DNA from: Eledone cirrhosa
Lineage: Eukaryota
Assembly: GCA_964016885.1 (NCBI GenBank)
Contig: OZ024747.1
Location: 67,022,001-67,086,000 of the forward strand
Direction of reading: 5' to 3'
Length of the DNA: 64,000 bases
Positions 12,718 through 29,303 of the stretch are shown in pieces. The stretch's first letter is position 1. Each line of letters opens with the position of its first letter. A program made the position numbers and the translations under genes. The notes below the pieces were generated by a model, which made no database searches, was not told the origin of the DNA, and saw nothing but the letters and a program-made list of their open reading frames with translations.

Positions 12718-14715
12718 TAATGAAATGACAGGAGGCTGGATTTGTGTAAATCCTTGAAAGGTTTATTATACTATCATCATTTCAATGACCGGGTTCCGTA
12801 TGAATCCGGTGATATCATCAGGTATTCGAAATATAATACGTGAATGTAATAGGTAAAATCCATGGGGCTGAAAATCGAGACCCGAGGGCGACCGCTATTC
12901 TGTTCCTTCAACCTCAGCCGGTCGCCCTGGAGTGACGTGGCTAAATTTTATAGTATGCTACTACCGGTCAGATGAACGAAAACAGAAATAGATGGGAGCA
13001 TAGGTTAACGTCGATCCCATGACACAAGGTAAAAGAAAGAAAGAAAGGAAGGAGAAGAAGGGGGAAGAAAGAAGAAGAGAAGTCAGGGTTAATGTCAGCT
13101 AAAAGAGGAAGGTAACTACTACTGGTCAGATATAGGCAAGCAAGAGGGGGAAGGAAGATAAGTCTGCGGGAGGAGGAGAGGAGAGAAGGAAAGGAAGAGA
13201 GAAGTAGAAAAGTAAGGGTTGATGGCTACAAGAAGGAAGATAGAAAGGAAGAGGAAGAAAGGTCGATATTAATGTCAGACCACAGTCAAGCCAGGAGTGG
13301 CGCGAGAAAATTTTCACAGGGACCCGCATCTTAGCGGAGATGAATATATTGGGAGTCAGTGTTTTACAGTGTTTAGACTTCTAGGATGAAGTTAAAAAAA
13401 TTTAATAATCAATATTCAATATTAAAGAGGTTAGAAAATTTAAAGTTCAACAGTTTAACAATTAATTATATAATAGTTCCGATTTGTTCTGTAATTTAAA
13501 GGTACTATTTGGCGGTTAAAACAACGGCCGCGCCCCGGGCCCCATGGCGAATTAAGCCACGCCGAGTATTTTCATTTACTGAAAGAAGGGGAAATTTATT
13601 TTTCCAAGCACTCCAGGTGAGCTCGTTCGCCAGGGAACTGGTCGCGCCGCCATTAAAACCCACCCAACAGTCCGACAGAAAGTTGGAACTTTAAAATTTA
13701 GCTTAGAGAAGTAAAAGAGTAATGGTTGATAGCTACAAGAAGGAAGATAGAAAGAGGCCGTTGTTTTAACCGCCAAATAGTACCTTTAAATTACAGAACA
13801 AATCGGAACTATTATATAATTAATTGTTAAACTGTTGAACTTTAAATTTTCTAACCTCTTTAATATTGAATATTGATTATTAAATTTTTTTAACTTCATC
13901 CTAGAAGTCTAAACACTGTAAAACACTGACTCCCAATATATTCATCTCCGCTAAGATGCGGGTCCCTGTGGAAATTTTCTCGCGCCACTCCTGGCTTGAC
14001 TGTGGTCTGACATTAGTATCGACCTTTCTTCCTCTTCCTTTCTATCTTCCTTCTTGTAGCCATCAACCCTTACTTTTCTACTTCTCTCTTCCTTTCCTTC
14101 TCTCCTCTCCTCCTCCCGCAGACTTATCTTCCTTCCCCCTCTTGCTTGCCTATATCTGACCAGTAGTAGTTACCTTCCTCTTTTAGCTGACATTAACCCT
14201 GACTTCTCTTCTTCTTTCTTCCCCCTTCTTCTCCTTCCTTTCTTTCTTTCTTTTACCTTGTGTCATGGGATCGACGTTAACCTATGCTCCCATCTATTTC
14301 TGTTTTCGTTCATCTGACCGGTAGTAGCATACTATAAAATTTAGCCACGTCACTCCAGGGCGACCGGCTGAGGTTGAAGGAACAGAATAGCGGTCGCCCT
14401 CGGGTCTCGATTTTCAGCCCCATGGATTTTACCTATTACATTCACGTATTATATTTCGAATACCTGATGATATCACCGGATTCATACGGAACCCGGTCAT
14501 TGAAATGATGATAGTATAATAAACCTTTCAAGGATTTACACAAATCCAGCCTCCTGTCATTTCATTATAATATTTAACTCCGTAATAGCACCACTAACTA
14601 CAAAAACAAAGACGGTTGAACTGCTTTACGTTGAGTACTCTCTATATTATTGCATTACGATTGACCATACGGAATAGACCAGCTCTATACAGTGGTGAAC
14701 CTCAAACCTGAATAA
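12711..14715 (+). mobile_element. Large fold-back element family F (about 820 bp arms) in (TA)n
   Basis: 12711-13529 is the reverse complement of 13756-14574 with about two mismatches seen; tail 14575-14715; TA runs on both sides. Confidence 0.92.
14460..14517 (+). ncRNA. Type I hammerhead-like motif (mirror 12768-12825, minus)
   Basis: atac-CTGATGA-..accgg-attc-atacg-gaac-ccggt..-GAAA-t-gatg-a-TA-gtat. Confidence 0.6.
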
Positions 14716-14775
<60 letters not shown>

Positions 14776-15265
14776 TAATATTTGATGAACATTTACATGT
14801 TTTAGTTGCAATTGACTAATAAAATCGCTAGAGTGAAAATATCTTAATTCAACAACATAAAGTCTGCCTGTACGATCTAAAAAATAATAAATCAATACTC
14901 ACAGACTCATATGGGCAAAAAGCCTTGGTACCTAGACACGTTTAAAATTCAAAATACAAACTTTTTCCGCAGATCGGTCAGAACTTCAAACTTCAAACAT
15001 GTTTCACAAAGGATGGTATAATAGTAAAATAATTAACTAATTATCAGTGAGTTAATCAACTTTTTCTGTGTTTATCAATAGGTACCCAGATAAAATTAAA
15101 TAACTCCACCTCAGAAAAATATCTAAGGTCTGGTTAGCGTAGCGAAAATACACGAGGTTTTGCACACGGCTTATTCCAGTCCTCTAACGTCCCACACATA
15201 GTGCTAGAAATAACAGCCGTTTATATGGGATTACAAATTCAGCTCACCTGGGGGAGCAGTGATAA

Positions 15266-15368
15266 ATAGCTTAGCGTTTAGACTCAATGGGGTCATTTAC
15301 AATCATTTCAGCTCTAAGAATCGCTTCTGAGCAGTAAATGATCCCATTGAGTCTAAACTCTAAGCTAT
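15266..15368. repeat. Small fold-back ending in (TA)n
   Basis: 35 bp arms 15266-15300 and 15334-15368. Confidence 0.75.
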
Positions 15369-15900
15369 ATATATATATATATATAACGTTTCCCAAACTA
15401 TAAATCTTTACTTCGAAAGTTTATATATTTCCTCTATACCACACAACGAATGATACACATACCTATACAGTGACAAAAATATATCATACAAAGCTGTAAT
15501 GAGCAGAGAGACGAAAGAATATAGTTCCAAACTTTCAAAACATTTGGAATGACTTGCGTATAGAATAAATCTGCACCATAAATATTAAAATCAGGAAAAG
15601 CCTATCATGAACCGTTATTATTTGTAAACAAAGACTACCAGGAAACATATATCCTTATGCTATGACGTTTTAAACATAACAAATCGTTTGCCTTTGTTAA
15701 CAAGCTCATTCTACTATTTTATAGTTTATGACGTATATCTATTTATCTATCTATCTATCTACCTAGCTAGCTAGCTATTTATCTATCTAACTATCTACCT
15801 ATTTATCTGTCTATCTATTTATCTATCTATCCATTTATTTATCTATTCCTCTCTCTCGCGATCTCTCTCTCTCTCTCCCGCTCTCTCCCTCTCTCACTCT

Positions 15901-15974
<74 letters not shown>

Positions 15975-15975
<1 letters not shown>

Positions 15976-16330
15976 ACGAAGGAGGTGTGGTAAGGAAACA
16001 GATGGACCATAACGCACCAGAGTACTCAATACTTAGGGTAGTAGAGTGGGTAATAGGAAAATCTTTAACTCCGACGGCAGAGCTCAAGCCGTTTCGACGG
16101 CTATTTCTGGACTAAATTAAAATTTTGAGCGTGGTAAATAAATAGCCGAACTTTTCAAGGGGTAATTCCTTATATAGGAAGATTTTAGTTGTCAAGAGGA
16201 TTGGTCAAAATTTCTTGTAAAGACAATCAAGTCTTTCAAGGCAGTTGGTGGGAGGTGTGGATGGCTGAACTTGCCTGTAGAACAATGGGGGAGTTAGTGG
16301 AGCCGGTCAAGCGTTGAAAGTGAATTCTAT
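15975..16330 (-). mobile_element. Family C element, longer copy without fold-back
   Basis: Same tail as 12188; continues upstream through a complete HHR; upstream boundary uncertain. Confidence 0.8.
16068..16163 (-). ncRNA. Type I hammerhead with U3-A8 core and long helix II
   Basis: acccc-TTGAAAA-gttcggctattt..aaatagccgtc-GAAACGGC-ttgagctct-GCCGTC-ggagt (ggggt in sister copies). Confidence 0.75.
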
Positions 16331-16342
16331 ACAGCAAATATT

Positions 16343-16514
16343 TAATTGTTTCTACTTTTGGCACTAGGCCAGCAATTATCCGAGTACATTACTGGTACTT
16401 TACTTTATCGACCCCGTAAGGATGAAAGGCAAAGTTAACTTCGACGGGATTTGAACTCAAATCATAAAGGGCCGTAACTCTTTGCTGCAAAGCATTGCGT
16501 CTGACCCTCTACCG
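16343..16514 (-). mobile_element. SINE family S1
   Basis: Reverse complement of the S1 body. Confidence 0.85.
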
Positions 16515-16661
16515 AAACCATACCGCCAGGGGCCTCTCCCTCATCTGTTAAGAATATTGGTGGCATAATCACCGCTTTGAAAATTCCCAGCGAGGCTACT
16601 GACATGTTTACTTACATGAACATTTCATATATGACTCAATATACAAACCTGGTGACACACA

Positions 16662-16704
<43 letters not shown>

Positions 16705-16706
16705 AT

Positions 16707-16739
<33 letters not shown>

Positions 16740-16995
16740 GTTGTATGGTTGCAAGATTATTGCGTCCGTAGGCGGTATGTCGGTTGAGCACTCGATGTTC
16801 ACGCAGAGCAGTCGGAGACGAGATATAGTAAACATATCTGACGATCTTTCGATTACTGAGTCAGGTTCGATTTATAATAGGTCTTGCCTCGAGCTAATCG
16901 ATAGTGAAACATATGTAATATGTTATTAAATATGTTATGATGCAACACTGAATCCTTGTTCCTTATCCTTATGGTATATATATATATATATATGT

Positions 16996-17886
16996 TCTAG
17001 GGCGGGTAAAATTCTTGAGATCCATGGACGAGTTCTCTCCAGCGGTCTCTGTCCCTCATCCTCGCTGCCATGTCCTGCGTCTCCAACAGACCAGTGTCTG
17101 TCCTTAGGGCATCAACATACGTTAACTTTGGTCTTCCTCTTCCAGTGTGTCCATGTAGGGGCTCCCACAGGAGCACTGAGTGCAATGTCAACTCTGGATG
17201 TCGGTGAGCATGTCCAGCTAACCTCACCCTCCTCCGTGTCACTTTTCAGCTGACTTTTGGGAGGCTCCCGTACAGCTCTGAGTTCTTCATCCTCAGTGTA
17301 TACTGATCAATGTTCAGAGCCATCCTCAGCATTCTCGTGTAGCATCCATCCACCATCTGAGTGAGTTTCTTGGTCAGTGTCCAAGTCTCAGACCCATACA
17401 GCAGCACAGACTCCACTACAGCAAGGAAGAGGCGGATTTTCAGGTCTTTACGAAGGTCCGACTTCCACACCGATCTCAAGCTGTGGCACACCGCCCAGGC
17501 TTTGCTCTTCCTCTCAACCACATCATCTTCCGTATTGCCAATCTTTGCTCCCAAATACAGGAAGTCCTCAACCAATTCTAGCGGCTTCTCGCCTACTTTA
17601 GTGATCCCCTCTGGCTTCTCAACATTCTCTACCAGATATTTTGTTTTAGTCTCATTCATTCTCAGCCCCAGACTCATCGACACAGTCTCAACCTCCCGCA
17701 TCAAATCCTCTGTCTTCTTCACTGCATTTGTCACCAAAACTATGTCGTCGGCAAATTCAGCATCCGATATCTTTTTCGCCATAACTCTCCTGCTCTGAGC
17801 CGGTGCTACAGTAAAGCCAGAGTCCTCGTGTTTCTCCAGTGCAAGGCGCATACAATAGTCCACTACGATGATAAAAAGGTAGGGAG
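16996..17886 (-). mobile_element. 5'-truncated LINE reverse transcriptase fragment, RTE-related
   Basis: PYLFIIVVD, FADD, GLRMNETKTK, FLYLG, LLYGSETW, RLAGHAHRH, GRGRPKLTYVD across ORFs 17246-17911 and 16997-17242. Confidence 0.88.
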
Positions 17887-17947
17887 TGTGTTCTGTTATT
17901 AATTCTGGCAATATTATTACACAAATATGACCCTTCCCAAGTATAAC

Positions 17948-17984
<37 letters not shown>

Positions 17985-18013
17985 GTATGTATATATACAT
18001 ATATATATATATA

Positions 18014-18227
18014 CGTTATTCCGGGTTGAATCGGAGGTAACCACAGTAAGTAAGGTACTCAATACATTGCAGAGTATAAAAGTTTTAATATAGATGAGAT
18101 TCTACAGGACTAGAACTGTTTCATTCTTTAGAAATCATCATTTCTTTAGAAATCATCAGTGATTCCTGATGATTTCTAAAGAATGAAACAGTTCTAGTCC
18201 TGTAGAATCTCATCTATATTAAAACTA
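18014..18227 (-). mobile_element. Family B fold-back element in (TA)n
   Basis: Tail 18014-18080; arms about 18081-18158 and 18166-18226; 18 bp duplication near the turn. Confidence 0.88.
18161..18209 (+). ncRNA. Type I hammerhead ribozyme, family B
   Basis: gattc-CTGATGA-tttc-taaa-gaat-GAAACAG-ttctagtc-CTGTA-gaatc. Confidence 0.8.
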
Positions 18228-18601
18228 TATATATATATATAGTCATCTTCCCGAGTTTGTATTACACAAAACACAAATCACAATAATAAATGCTATCACT
18301 GCCATCATGATATCAAAACATAGTTTCAACCAACATTGATGGATAATTGATTCATCAGTTAACGATATCTATCACACTAGCACAGACAACAAGATTGCTA
18401 TCACATAAATCTACATTAATAACTCAATTATTGTGTGTCTATATTTAACATCTCCTTGTCAGCTGCAAACAGAACAATTAAATGTATCGAGAAACATTTC
18501 TATATGCGCCTCCACGTATGTATATGTGTATGTATCTGTTCGCATATATATATATACGGGTGTGTGTATGTGTGTGTGTGTGTATGCGAACATTCACACT
18601 C

Positions 18602-18648
<47 letters not shown>

Positions 18649-20798
18649 GTGTATATGCATATATGTGTTGTTATTTATGCTTACCTTTTATACACACACA
18701 GACACACACAGACACACACACATATATTTATATATATATACATATATATAAATAGAGAGAGAAAGAGAGAGAGATGTATGTATGTCTGTTTCTACAGAAT
18801 AGTTAAGCGTGCTATTTCATAATGACTAACTGAGCAGCATATATGACTGACCCATTAAAGTGCCGGACAAAATGACTTGTACTATTCACTCTGGCTCTTT
18901 GTGTTCAAATGTAACCCAGCTCAACTTTGCTTTTCATCCTTTCATTGTTAATAAATAAAGTTACTAGTTCAACTAAGATGAGGTGGCGAAATTGCGAAAT
19001 TTTCATAAAACGTGATTTATTTTGAATGTTATATTAAATGGTAGAGACAGAGTAAAGAGTTGGAATTTTACTTAGGCACCAATGTTGTCCACTAGTGTTT
19101 GTAATCCTCTGTTATATCCTCGTTTTACTTCATCAGGAACTTGAGCGGTATGTTGTTCATTACATGACAAATGCGTTCCTCCAATAGAGTCAAAGTTTTG
19201 GGTTTTCAGCTCTGAACTTCATCCTTCACCCTCCATTCAGGAAAAACAACATGGTGTTAATTCATATCTTCTTGCTGGTCATTTATGTGGACCTTGCCCA
19301 CATAAATGATCAGCCAACGTCCTGGAAATTGGACATCAAACCACTCACGGGCAGTGAATAGAGGTTTCAGCTTGCATAAATATGCGTTCATTGTCTTAAG
19401 TGGTCACAGTAGGCCAAAAGTTATAATTAATTTTCAATAGGGAGTTTCTCTCCACCCACCCTGTATAACCCTAAAAGTAATGGATGATTGTGGCAAATTG
19501 TACAAGCATCATGACCGAATGATCAAGATGTTCACTACCGTTTCTGCAATACACCACAATTCTATCCGACGATCTCACCATTCTGCTACCGCCTTAAAAA
19601 ATAATTACTTATATTGGCACAAGTCCATTCATTCTGGAACAAGGGTATTATCGATGTTATCGACCTTAGCATTACTACATAATATGTCGACATTGAAAAT
19701 ATAGAAGCCATGATTCAACGAAGTAACTGAACACAGCACTACAAGGCATATTCTTCCAGCTCTGTACCTATTCTACTGGACTAACCCCCATAGTAATAAT
19801 ATTTAGCAATTGTTTCTAATTTAGAGACAAGGTCAATGAAATGATAGGAGCGGGAAGTTGATTAGGATAAAAGGTAAACTTGTCCTTGGTGGAATTTGAA
19901 CTCAGGGTCTAACGATTCGAAACAGATACTTTGACTAGCAAGGTATTTTGACTAGCACACTACCTTCTCTACTGATCCATCATCCTTAGCAATACTATTT
20001 AACAATGTCTGGAAGGGATAGGGCGTGTTCACATGTGACCAGTTAGTACTAATGGTTTAGCTATTGTGTGTGTCACGCCGCCGCCAGAGGCTGTAGATTA
20101 TATGAAGTCACTTAAGTTCAATATTTCCTTACAGATCGATATCTTCATGATATTCTGGTATTAATTCCTTACATCCGTGTTGCATGGTCTTTTTTCCTTT
20201 TATTACTTTTTACTGTTTTCCCAATAATATTTGCAATAACTTAACAATAGATCTATCGATTTTCTATTTGTGTTCGATGCTTACACAGAAGCTAAGCTGA
20301 TAACGATTTCTACGCGATTTTAAGCATCATTGTATAATATACAAAACATATGATCACCTGGCGTTGATCGAAGAATTTCACTCATTGTTCGTAACACTGG
20401 AAGAATGGTGAGGATGAAAATATTTCGTATAAATTGTTCCAAGGCACCAGGAAATCTTTACGAGAACCTGTAAAGAAAATCCTCTATTGACAAAACACTT
20501 CTGAAATCTTTTCCAAATGGCGAATCACTCAGCCGAGAAGTACTAATGTAATGTTTATTTTCATTAAAAAAAAATAATAGTTCTAGCAATAGAACTTCGC
20601 CTAAGATACGGAAATATTACACATATTACATAAACACAAAACGCACGCACGCACGCATCACACACATGCACACACACATTTATATATATATATACATAAA
20701 CGTATACATATATAATATATAAATATACATACATACATTTACAAATATATGTACATATATATATATTTACATGCATGCATGTACACACACACACACAT

Positions 20799-20870
<72 letters not shown>

Positions 20871-21116
20871 GCTCGTTGAATATATATGTGTATGGTATTC
20901 TTTAAGAAGATGGAGTAGAGCCTTTTGTAAGAGATAAAAAAAAATGAAGTGCGTATATTTGTGTAACGGTGTTCAGTTAAACTTGTGTTGTTACCTTCTT
21001 TGTATCGATATGTAAGTATGTGTGTATGTAAGTATGTATGTATATTGGCACAACCACTTTGAATACAGATTACAGATTCTAAAGAATAGAATCCATGCGC
21101 AATAAAATAATGTTTT

Positions 21117-21174
<58 letters not shown>

Positions 21175-21211
21175 TATGAATATATATAATTTTACTATCA
21201 TTATCTATATG

Positions 21212-21471
<260 letters not shown>

Positions 21472-21527
21472 GTATACCGTGTGTGTGTATGATTATAACA
21501 TGCACACAGTCACACACGCAAACACAA

Positions 21528-21620
<93 letters not shown>

Positions 21621-22020
21621 AAAATAAACGGAAGATATGACCTGACATAGAATTAAACCTTAGGGCTATGAGGCAGAGGAGTAAACCTTTTGTGATAGAA
21701 GAGTAAGAAAAGAGGATGATTAGATTATTTTGGCTGTATGTGGAATATAATCTACATATCTCAACACATCGTACACACTATAAATATAACACACCACCCT
21801 AAATGACATTATGAAAGGAATATAAGAAAACTATAATAGCCTGTTGTGAAAGCAAATCACGGAACTTCACATCCTGCATGTCAGAAGTATTTGTTCTTTG
21901 TATACTTGATAATTTCAATGAGGCGAAAAAAAAGATGGTAGCCATGTTGTCAGGGAGATAGCTTATAGGCAGCAAGGTCACGAGATCGTATCCCGGCACC
22001 AAAACGTCACTATTATGTCT

Positions 22021-22065
<45 letters not shown>

Positions 22066-22330
22066 GATCGAGTATCGAAAAATCGGCGCACGAGTTCACG
22101 ATAAACGAAATTCGATATGAGCGGCAGAGGGCTCAATAATTCAGATGAATCAGAGCTATAACTATCGTTAAAATACCGTCACATATAGAACAAGTCTACA
22201 ATCAACCATACGATTTAAAATCGATAAAGGAAGATTCGGGACAAACAGATAAAAAATATCAATAAAACAATACGTCAATAATTTAAATGAATAATTTAAA
22301 TGAATGTAAAATATATATATATATATATAA

Positions 22331-22437
<107 letters not shown>

Positions 22438-23039
22438 TTTAGTCTGAATCTAGATAAAATAAAGTAGGTCGTTACTGGCGACAGATTCCTTGATAAAGGC
22501 AATAAATATTTTTTTCTGTACTAATGAAGTGTACTTTTTATTGGTGTTGCTATATAGTCTCCTAACATGGCGGCGTATTGACTAGGTTGTTCAAGCGTCG
22601 GATAAATTGTTTCGGATATATGTTCTCTGCGTTCGAATTCCACCTATGTCATTTTTTTTTTCATTTTGTTAGTGTCGATAAATAAAGTACAAGCCGAGGC
22701 TGATGTATTTACCCACGTGATTATCTGCGCTACATTTTCCGACACTTCTGAGTTCCAATGCGACGTATTGCTATGCAGAATATCGTTGGCATGAAAAGGA
22801 GGGAAAGCTTGCATGAGTTACTGGTAGTCTTCCACGAGACACCTTGTCCATGCTTGAGCCTTGCAGAGGAAATTTCAAACGTGATAAAAGCAGGCCTTAA
22901 AGTAACAGCAGATCACTCTTAGTAGGATTGATTTATTGTCTAAGGTATTCCTCCTGTGGCACACCTCTCATTTTTTTTTGTATCCAGGACTATATTATCC
23001 AATATCTCTTTCAATCTAATCTAATCTGGCTGAGTTTAC

Positions 23040-23425
23040 ATCGCAGATAAGAAGAACCAGGGCCGCCCCTAGGATCATTGGATTTGGTGTTCTTCATATT
23101 TGTTTCGGTTGCTGAATACAATCAGGGATTCCTGCTTCTCCTGATGGTCAATAGTTCTCTTCTAACTCGAGCGGGAGCGCCTTTCCATTGTCAATTTGCA
23201 TTGATCATCTGCAAAGCCGCATTGTTCTCAGAACCACTACACCAGTCTTTCGATGCGTGCAGCTGGAACTACTGCACCCCCACCCACCCACCCCCATTGA
23301 TTTGGCAGGATTTCTTTTTTTTTTTTTTTTAGATGGCCGTTGACAGTTATGAGTTCTTTCGCCCTTTGTCAGGTTTTCTTTTTTGTCCTGCAGGGGTATT
23401 CAAAATCACCCTCCTCACCAAGTAA
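23040..23425 (-). mobile_element. RTE-type 5' region remnant
   Basis: 23330-23422 is an inverted homologue of 8766-8856; left boundary uncertain. Confidence 0.6.
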
Positions 23426-23635
23426 ACTTTCAAGTACGTTTCATAATAGTGAGGTGGCAATTCTGGAGGAAATATTGCTGCTATATCTAGCAGCTCAGAA
23501 TAACACCTAGATGTTCACTACACGTAAGAAATGTTTTGATAATAGTTGCTGCATCCATTCAATTTTATTCCTGATTAGGAGCAAAAGAATCATCAGCTGT
23601 GGAATAATCGGAGAAACACACGAATAATAATCCGG

Positions 23636-23697
<62 letters not shown>

Positions 23698-24027
23698 GCG
23701 CGCACGGCGACAAAGGGATTCTTTAGCAGGTATAAGACATAATGATTTATCGATCGCTATTATAAAATAGCACAATTGTTATCATTTCATTTGTTTACGA
23801 AGAAAAGGTTATGAATGATTTGAAATCAGAAATATTAAAGATTAAAACTGCTCTGTTGTAGTCAAAATTTATTGAAACAGCTTACGTTTGGGGGTAAATC
23901 TGGCAGTAGGAGATACTTCGAGATATAGGACTACATTGGGAATGGAATGTGGAAAACAAATTTAACTCGACAGCACAGATTATAATATATAAGTATATAT
24001 ATATATATATGTAAATATGTAGGCCTT

Positions 24028-24087
<60 letters not shown>

Positions 24088-24132
24088 TCTATCTCTCTAT
24101 CTCCCCCTCCCTCCCCCCCCTCCTTCCCCCCT

Positions 24133-24217
<85 letters not shown>

Positions 24218-24844
24218 CCAGCAAGGCTTTAAGTTCTGCGTTCGATCCTGCTGCGTGGCATTATGTGAGTGTCAGTTACCGATGCCTCCGATACGCGCGT
24301 TCTTTGTGAGTGATTGGTTGCGAGAAAACTGATTAGAAGCCTGTAAAATGGACTGTGGCTTTCATTCAAAGGGCCAGCCGTGCTATCCCATTAAACCTAT
24401 AATTCAATGGGTTACACTTGTCACCCTGTCACTATGAATCTCCCTAAGAAATACGTTAATTTGTAAAAGGCTCAGCCACATACACGTTAATTTCAGGAGC
24501 GGGTTCTTCCTTTGATCGAAAAACAGGAACACATATCGTCAAAGCCGACAGAGGCCCATCCAGAGCTGTGTGTCTGTATATATGTATATGTGCATATGTA
24601 TATGTATACGAATATACTATTGCTTTCTGAATAGAGCAAATAGCTAAAACACTTCAGTCAACCGAAACTATTTTCGCAAGAACCAGCGATACCCACTTTC
24701 ATGAGCGTCGGCTGACGGCTGTTATTAATAAGAAGAGTTGAAATTAATGCATGCAAGATTTCACATGGTTATATGGTCTTGGCTGTGTTAATTGGAGGGC
24801 AAGGTCACTTCAGACGCTCTCTACATTTCAGAACCACATCGTGC

Positions 24845-25140
24845 CACTGGCAAGCGGCTCAGCGACCGTATCTGTATCAGTGAGCTGCTCAATATTACCA
24901 AACTTAGACCAATTACATCAATTATGAAGTCAAGAGTACTCAAAATATACGACCATATAAAAAGATCAACTCGTGGTGTGAGTAGGTTATGCCTGGAAGG
25001 AAGGCTGGCTGGCAAGAGGAGCAGAGGTCAGCAGTCAAAACGATGGCTTGCCAATGTCAGCTTATGAACTGGACTTGATATTTGCTCTTCAAACTCTTCT
25101 GCTGGTGATAGAACTTTGTGGAGAGAGATATCACATATTG
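24845..25140 (+). mobile_element. Decayed RTE-like LINE C-terminus
   Basis: RVLKIYDHIKR..LEGRLAGKRSRGQQSKRW..DRTLWR. Confidence 0.65.
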
Positions 25141-26034
25141 ATGCGCAGTCTACAATTGGTGGAGTTTAGCATCACAAGAAGATTTCACAAATATAGCATC
25201 ACTCCTTCATAGACAGCCTACGAACTTTTCAGCAAGCCCTCGTACATTAGACATTCCAGTTTGCAGTGCTCATGCCTCATGCGTGGTGCCGTTGTTCCGA
25301 CTTGGTGAGTGGGACGATTGCGCGATGAAGAAATAAATGAGAGATACGTTTAGAAGGTGTATTGCCTTCAATTATGACGTTAAAGCTTTGTCATAAAATA
25401 GGCGCCATTTTCATAAAATCGCATTTCCATTATTCTCGCTGTATAGTCATGTATTTAGTGTAAAAAGCAAAACCGTGTGATGTGAGCCTCTGTAAGATAT
25501 TTATATTTGCAATATTACATAAAATGCAGATCTTTTCATCCGCTGTGCTGGTTCAACTAATTTGAGACTAGAAGAAATAAAAGACTCTACAGAATTTTAT
25601 AAGAGAAACGTATTTTATAGTGAACAAATAAAGTAAGGGAAAATCGTATAGAATAGCAAGGCATGACTTGAAATACCTTGGTGTTGTATGGCATTGAAAG
25701 GCACGGTTTTTACAATTCTTATATATGTGTTAAAATACATATACTATCTCTTTATCTGAAATTCAATTGCATCGTCGTGAACTGACATTGTCCAGCATAA
25801 TGTATCTTATGTCTGATTTGGTTATTAGATGGAGTAAACGGTATATATATCTATATATGTGTGTTCATACGTGTACCTGTATGCATCTGTATAGGTGAGT
25901 GTGTTTTCTTGAGAGTGTGGAGCGTGTGCCAAACATGTAAATCACTTACACTGTCATTTTCTCGACTCATCTTTATTTCAGTTATAGAGTGTTATAAATA
26001 CACACATATATGTATATCTATATTTCTCTATACA

Positions 26035-26121
<87 letters not shown>

Positions 26122-26125
<4 letters not shown>

Positions 26126-26297
26126 AGTAAGTAAGACCCCCGACGGCTGAGCTCAAGCCGTTTCGACGGCTAATTCGAAACGGCTTGAGCTCAGCCGTCG
26201 GGGTCTTACTTACTTCTATTACCCACTCTACTACCCTAAGTATTGAGTACCTTGGTGCGTTATGGTTCACCTGGTTCCTTACCACTTTTCCTTCGCG

Positions 26298-26298
<1 letters not shown>
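26122..26298 (+). mobile_element. Family C fold-back element in (TA)n
   Basis: Arms 26122-26167 and 26176-26218; tail to 26298. Confidence 0.9.
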
Positions 26299-26376
<78 letters not shown>

Positions 26377-26394
26377 GTATATTATATATGTATA

Positions 26395-28045
<1,651 letters not shown>

Positions 28046-28123
28046 CATATACATACATACACAGGACAACACAGGACAGTGACGAAATATATTAGTTTGA
28101 TGCTTAATATAGTAGGAAAAGAA

Positions 28124-28159
28124 TCTTTACGCTTCGGACACTAATCCTTCATCAGAAGA
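28124..28159 (-). ncRNA. Minimal hammerhead-like motif, family A (GAAG variant, probably inactive)
   Basis: tctt-CTGATGA-a-gga-ttagtg-tcc-GAAG-cg-TA-aaga; downstream sequence aligns with 2070-2130. Confidence 0.65.
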
Positions 28160-28326
28160 TAGAACGAGAACTAAAAGAGGATATAGAAACATACAAAGTG
28201 AAAAGAGGAAAGAATGAAAAACAACTTCTTTATGAAAGAACACGAGCGTATTCAGTCAGCCATTTTGGGAGGAAAATGTATATATAAGGTAATCAATACA
28301 TAATTAGAGTGAGAACAGCGATAATA

Positions 28327-28445
28327 CAATATAGAAATGGCTTCTACTGGACTAGAACAGTTTCATTCGTATGAAATCATCAGGATGATTTTATATGAAT
28401 GAAACAGTTCTACTCCTGTAGAAGTCTTTCTTTATTAAATTTTCG

Positions 28446-28449
<4 letters not shown>
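28327..28449. mobile_element. Family B fold-back with HHR halves on both arms
   Basis: Turn near 28384; minus strand of left arm reads CTGATGA-tttc-atac-gaat-GAAACTG..CAGTA-gaagcc. Confidence 0.8.
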
Positions 28450-28495
<46 letters not shown>

Positions 28496-28651
28496 ATGTA
28501 TATAGTTGAATATACATATACATAATTATATATATAGTTAAATATAGTTATATATATACAATTTTATATATAATGTTTATAATATATAGATATATGATTA
28601 TATAGTCATTCCCCAATAGCATAAAACTAGCAATAATTTAGCTGAAAACAT

Positions 28652-28654
28652 ACA

Positions 28655-28713
<59 letters not shown>

Positions 28714-28714
28714 A

Positions 28715-28791
<77 letters not shown>

Positions 28792-28792
28792 T
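28652..28792. repeat. (CTA)n microsatellite
   Basis: Direct reading. Confidence 0.95.
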
Positions 28793-29137
28793 GGGGAAGA
28801 AGATGATGATAATGGCAAATGCGTTTATTTTCTCGGTGAAATGGTCATAATATGCCCTTGTTACGTAACATGACGGAGTGTTTAATATATAAATGTATAT
28901 ACACACACATATATATGTATATATATACACACACATACACATACACACATATTTATAAATGTGTGTGCGTATCTATGTATGTATATATGATGTATGTATG
29001 TATATATATATATATATACACATACATACATACATCATATATCCATACATACATACGCACATACATTTATAAATATATGTGCATACATAAAATAAATGCA
29101 ATTACTTTCATCATCGTCAACAGCCATAGCAACTGAA

Positions 29138-29176
29138 GCAGTAGTAGCAGCAGCAGCAGCAGCAGCAGCAGCAGAG

Positions 29177-29212
<36 letters not shown>

Positions 29213-29221
29213 GAGCAGCAA
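29138..29221. repeat. (CAG)n microsatellite
   Basis: Direct reading. Confidence 0.9.
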
Positions 29222-29238
29222 GGTAATGTTAGTATGTA

Positions 29239-29303
<65 letters not shown>

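Noticed and set aside
13509-13694. Decayed GIY-YIG C-terminus (FTERR..RELVAP)
   Set aside because: Resemblance is faint, cysteines are missing and orientation relative to the arms is ambiguous
12711-14574. All palindromes being sequencing fold-back artefacts
   Set aside because: Arms differ by substitutions and indels, and family members share precise ends at separate loci; the most perfect ones still need read support
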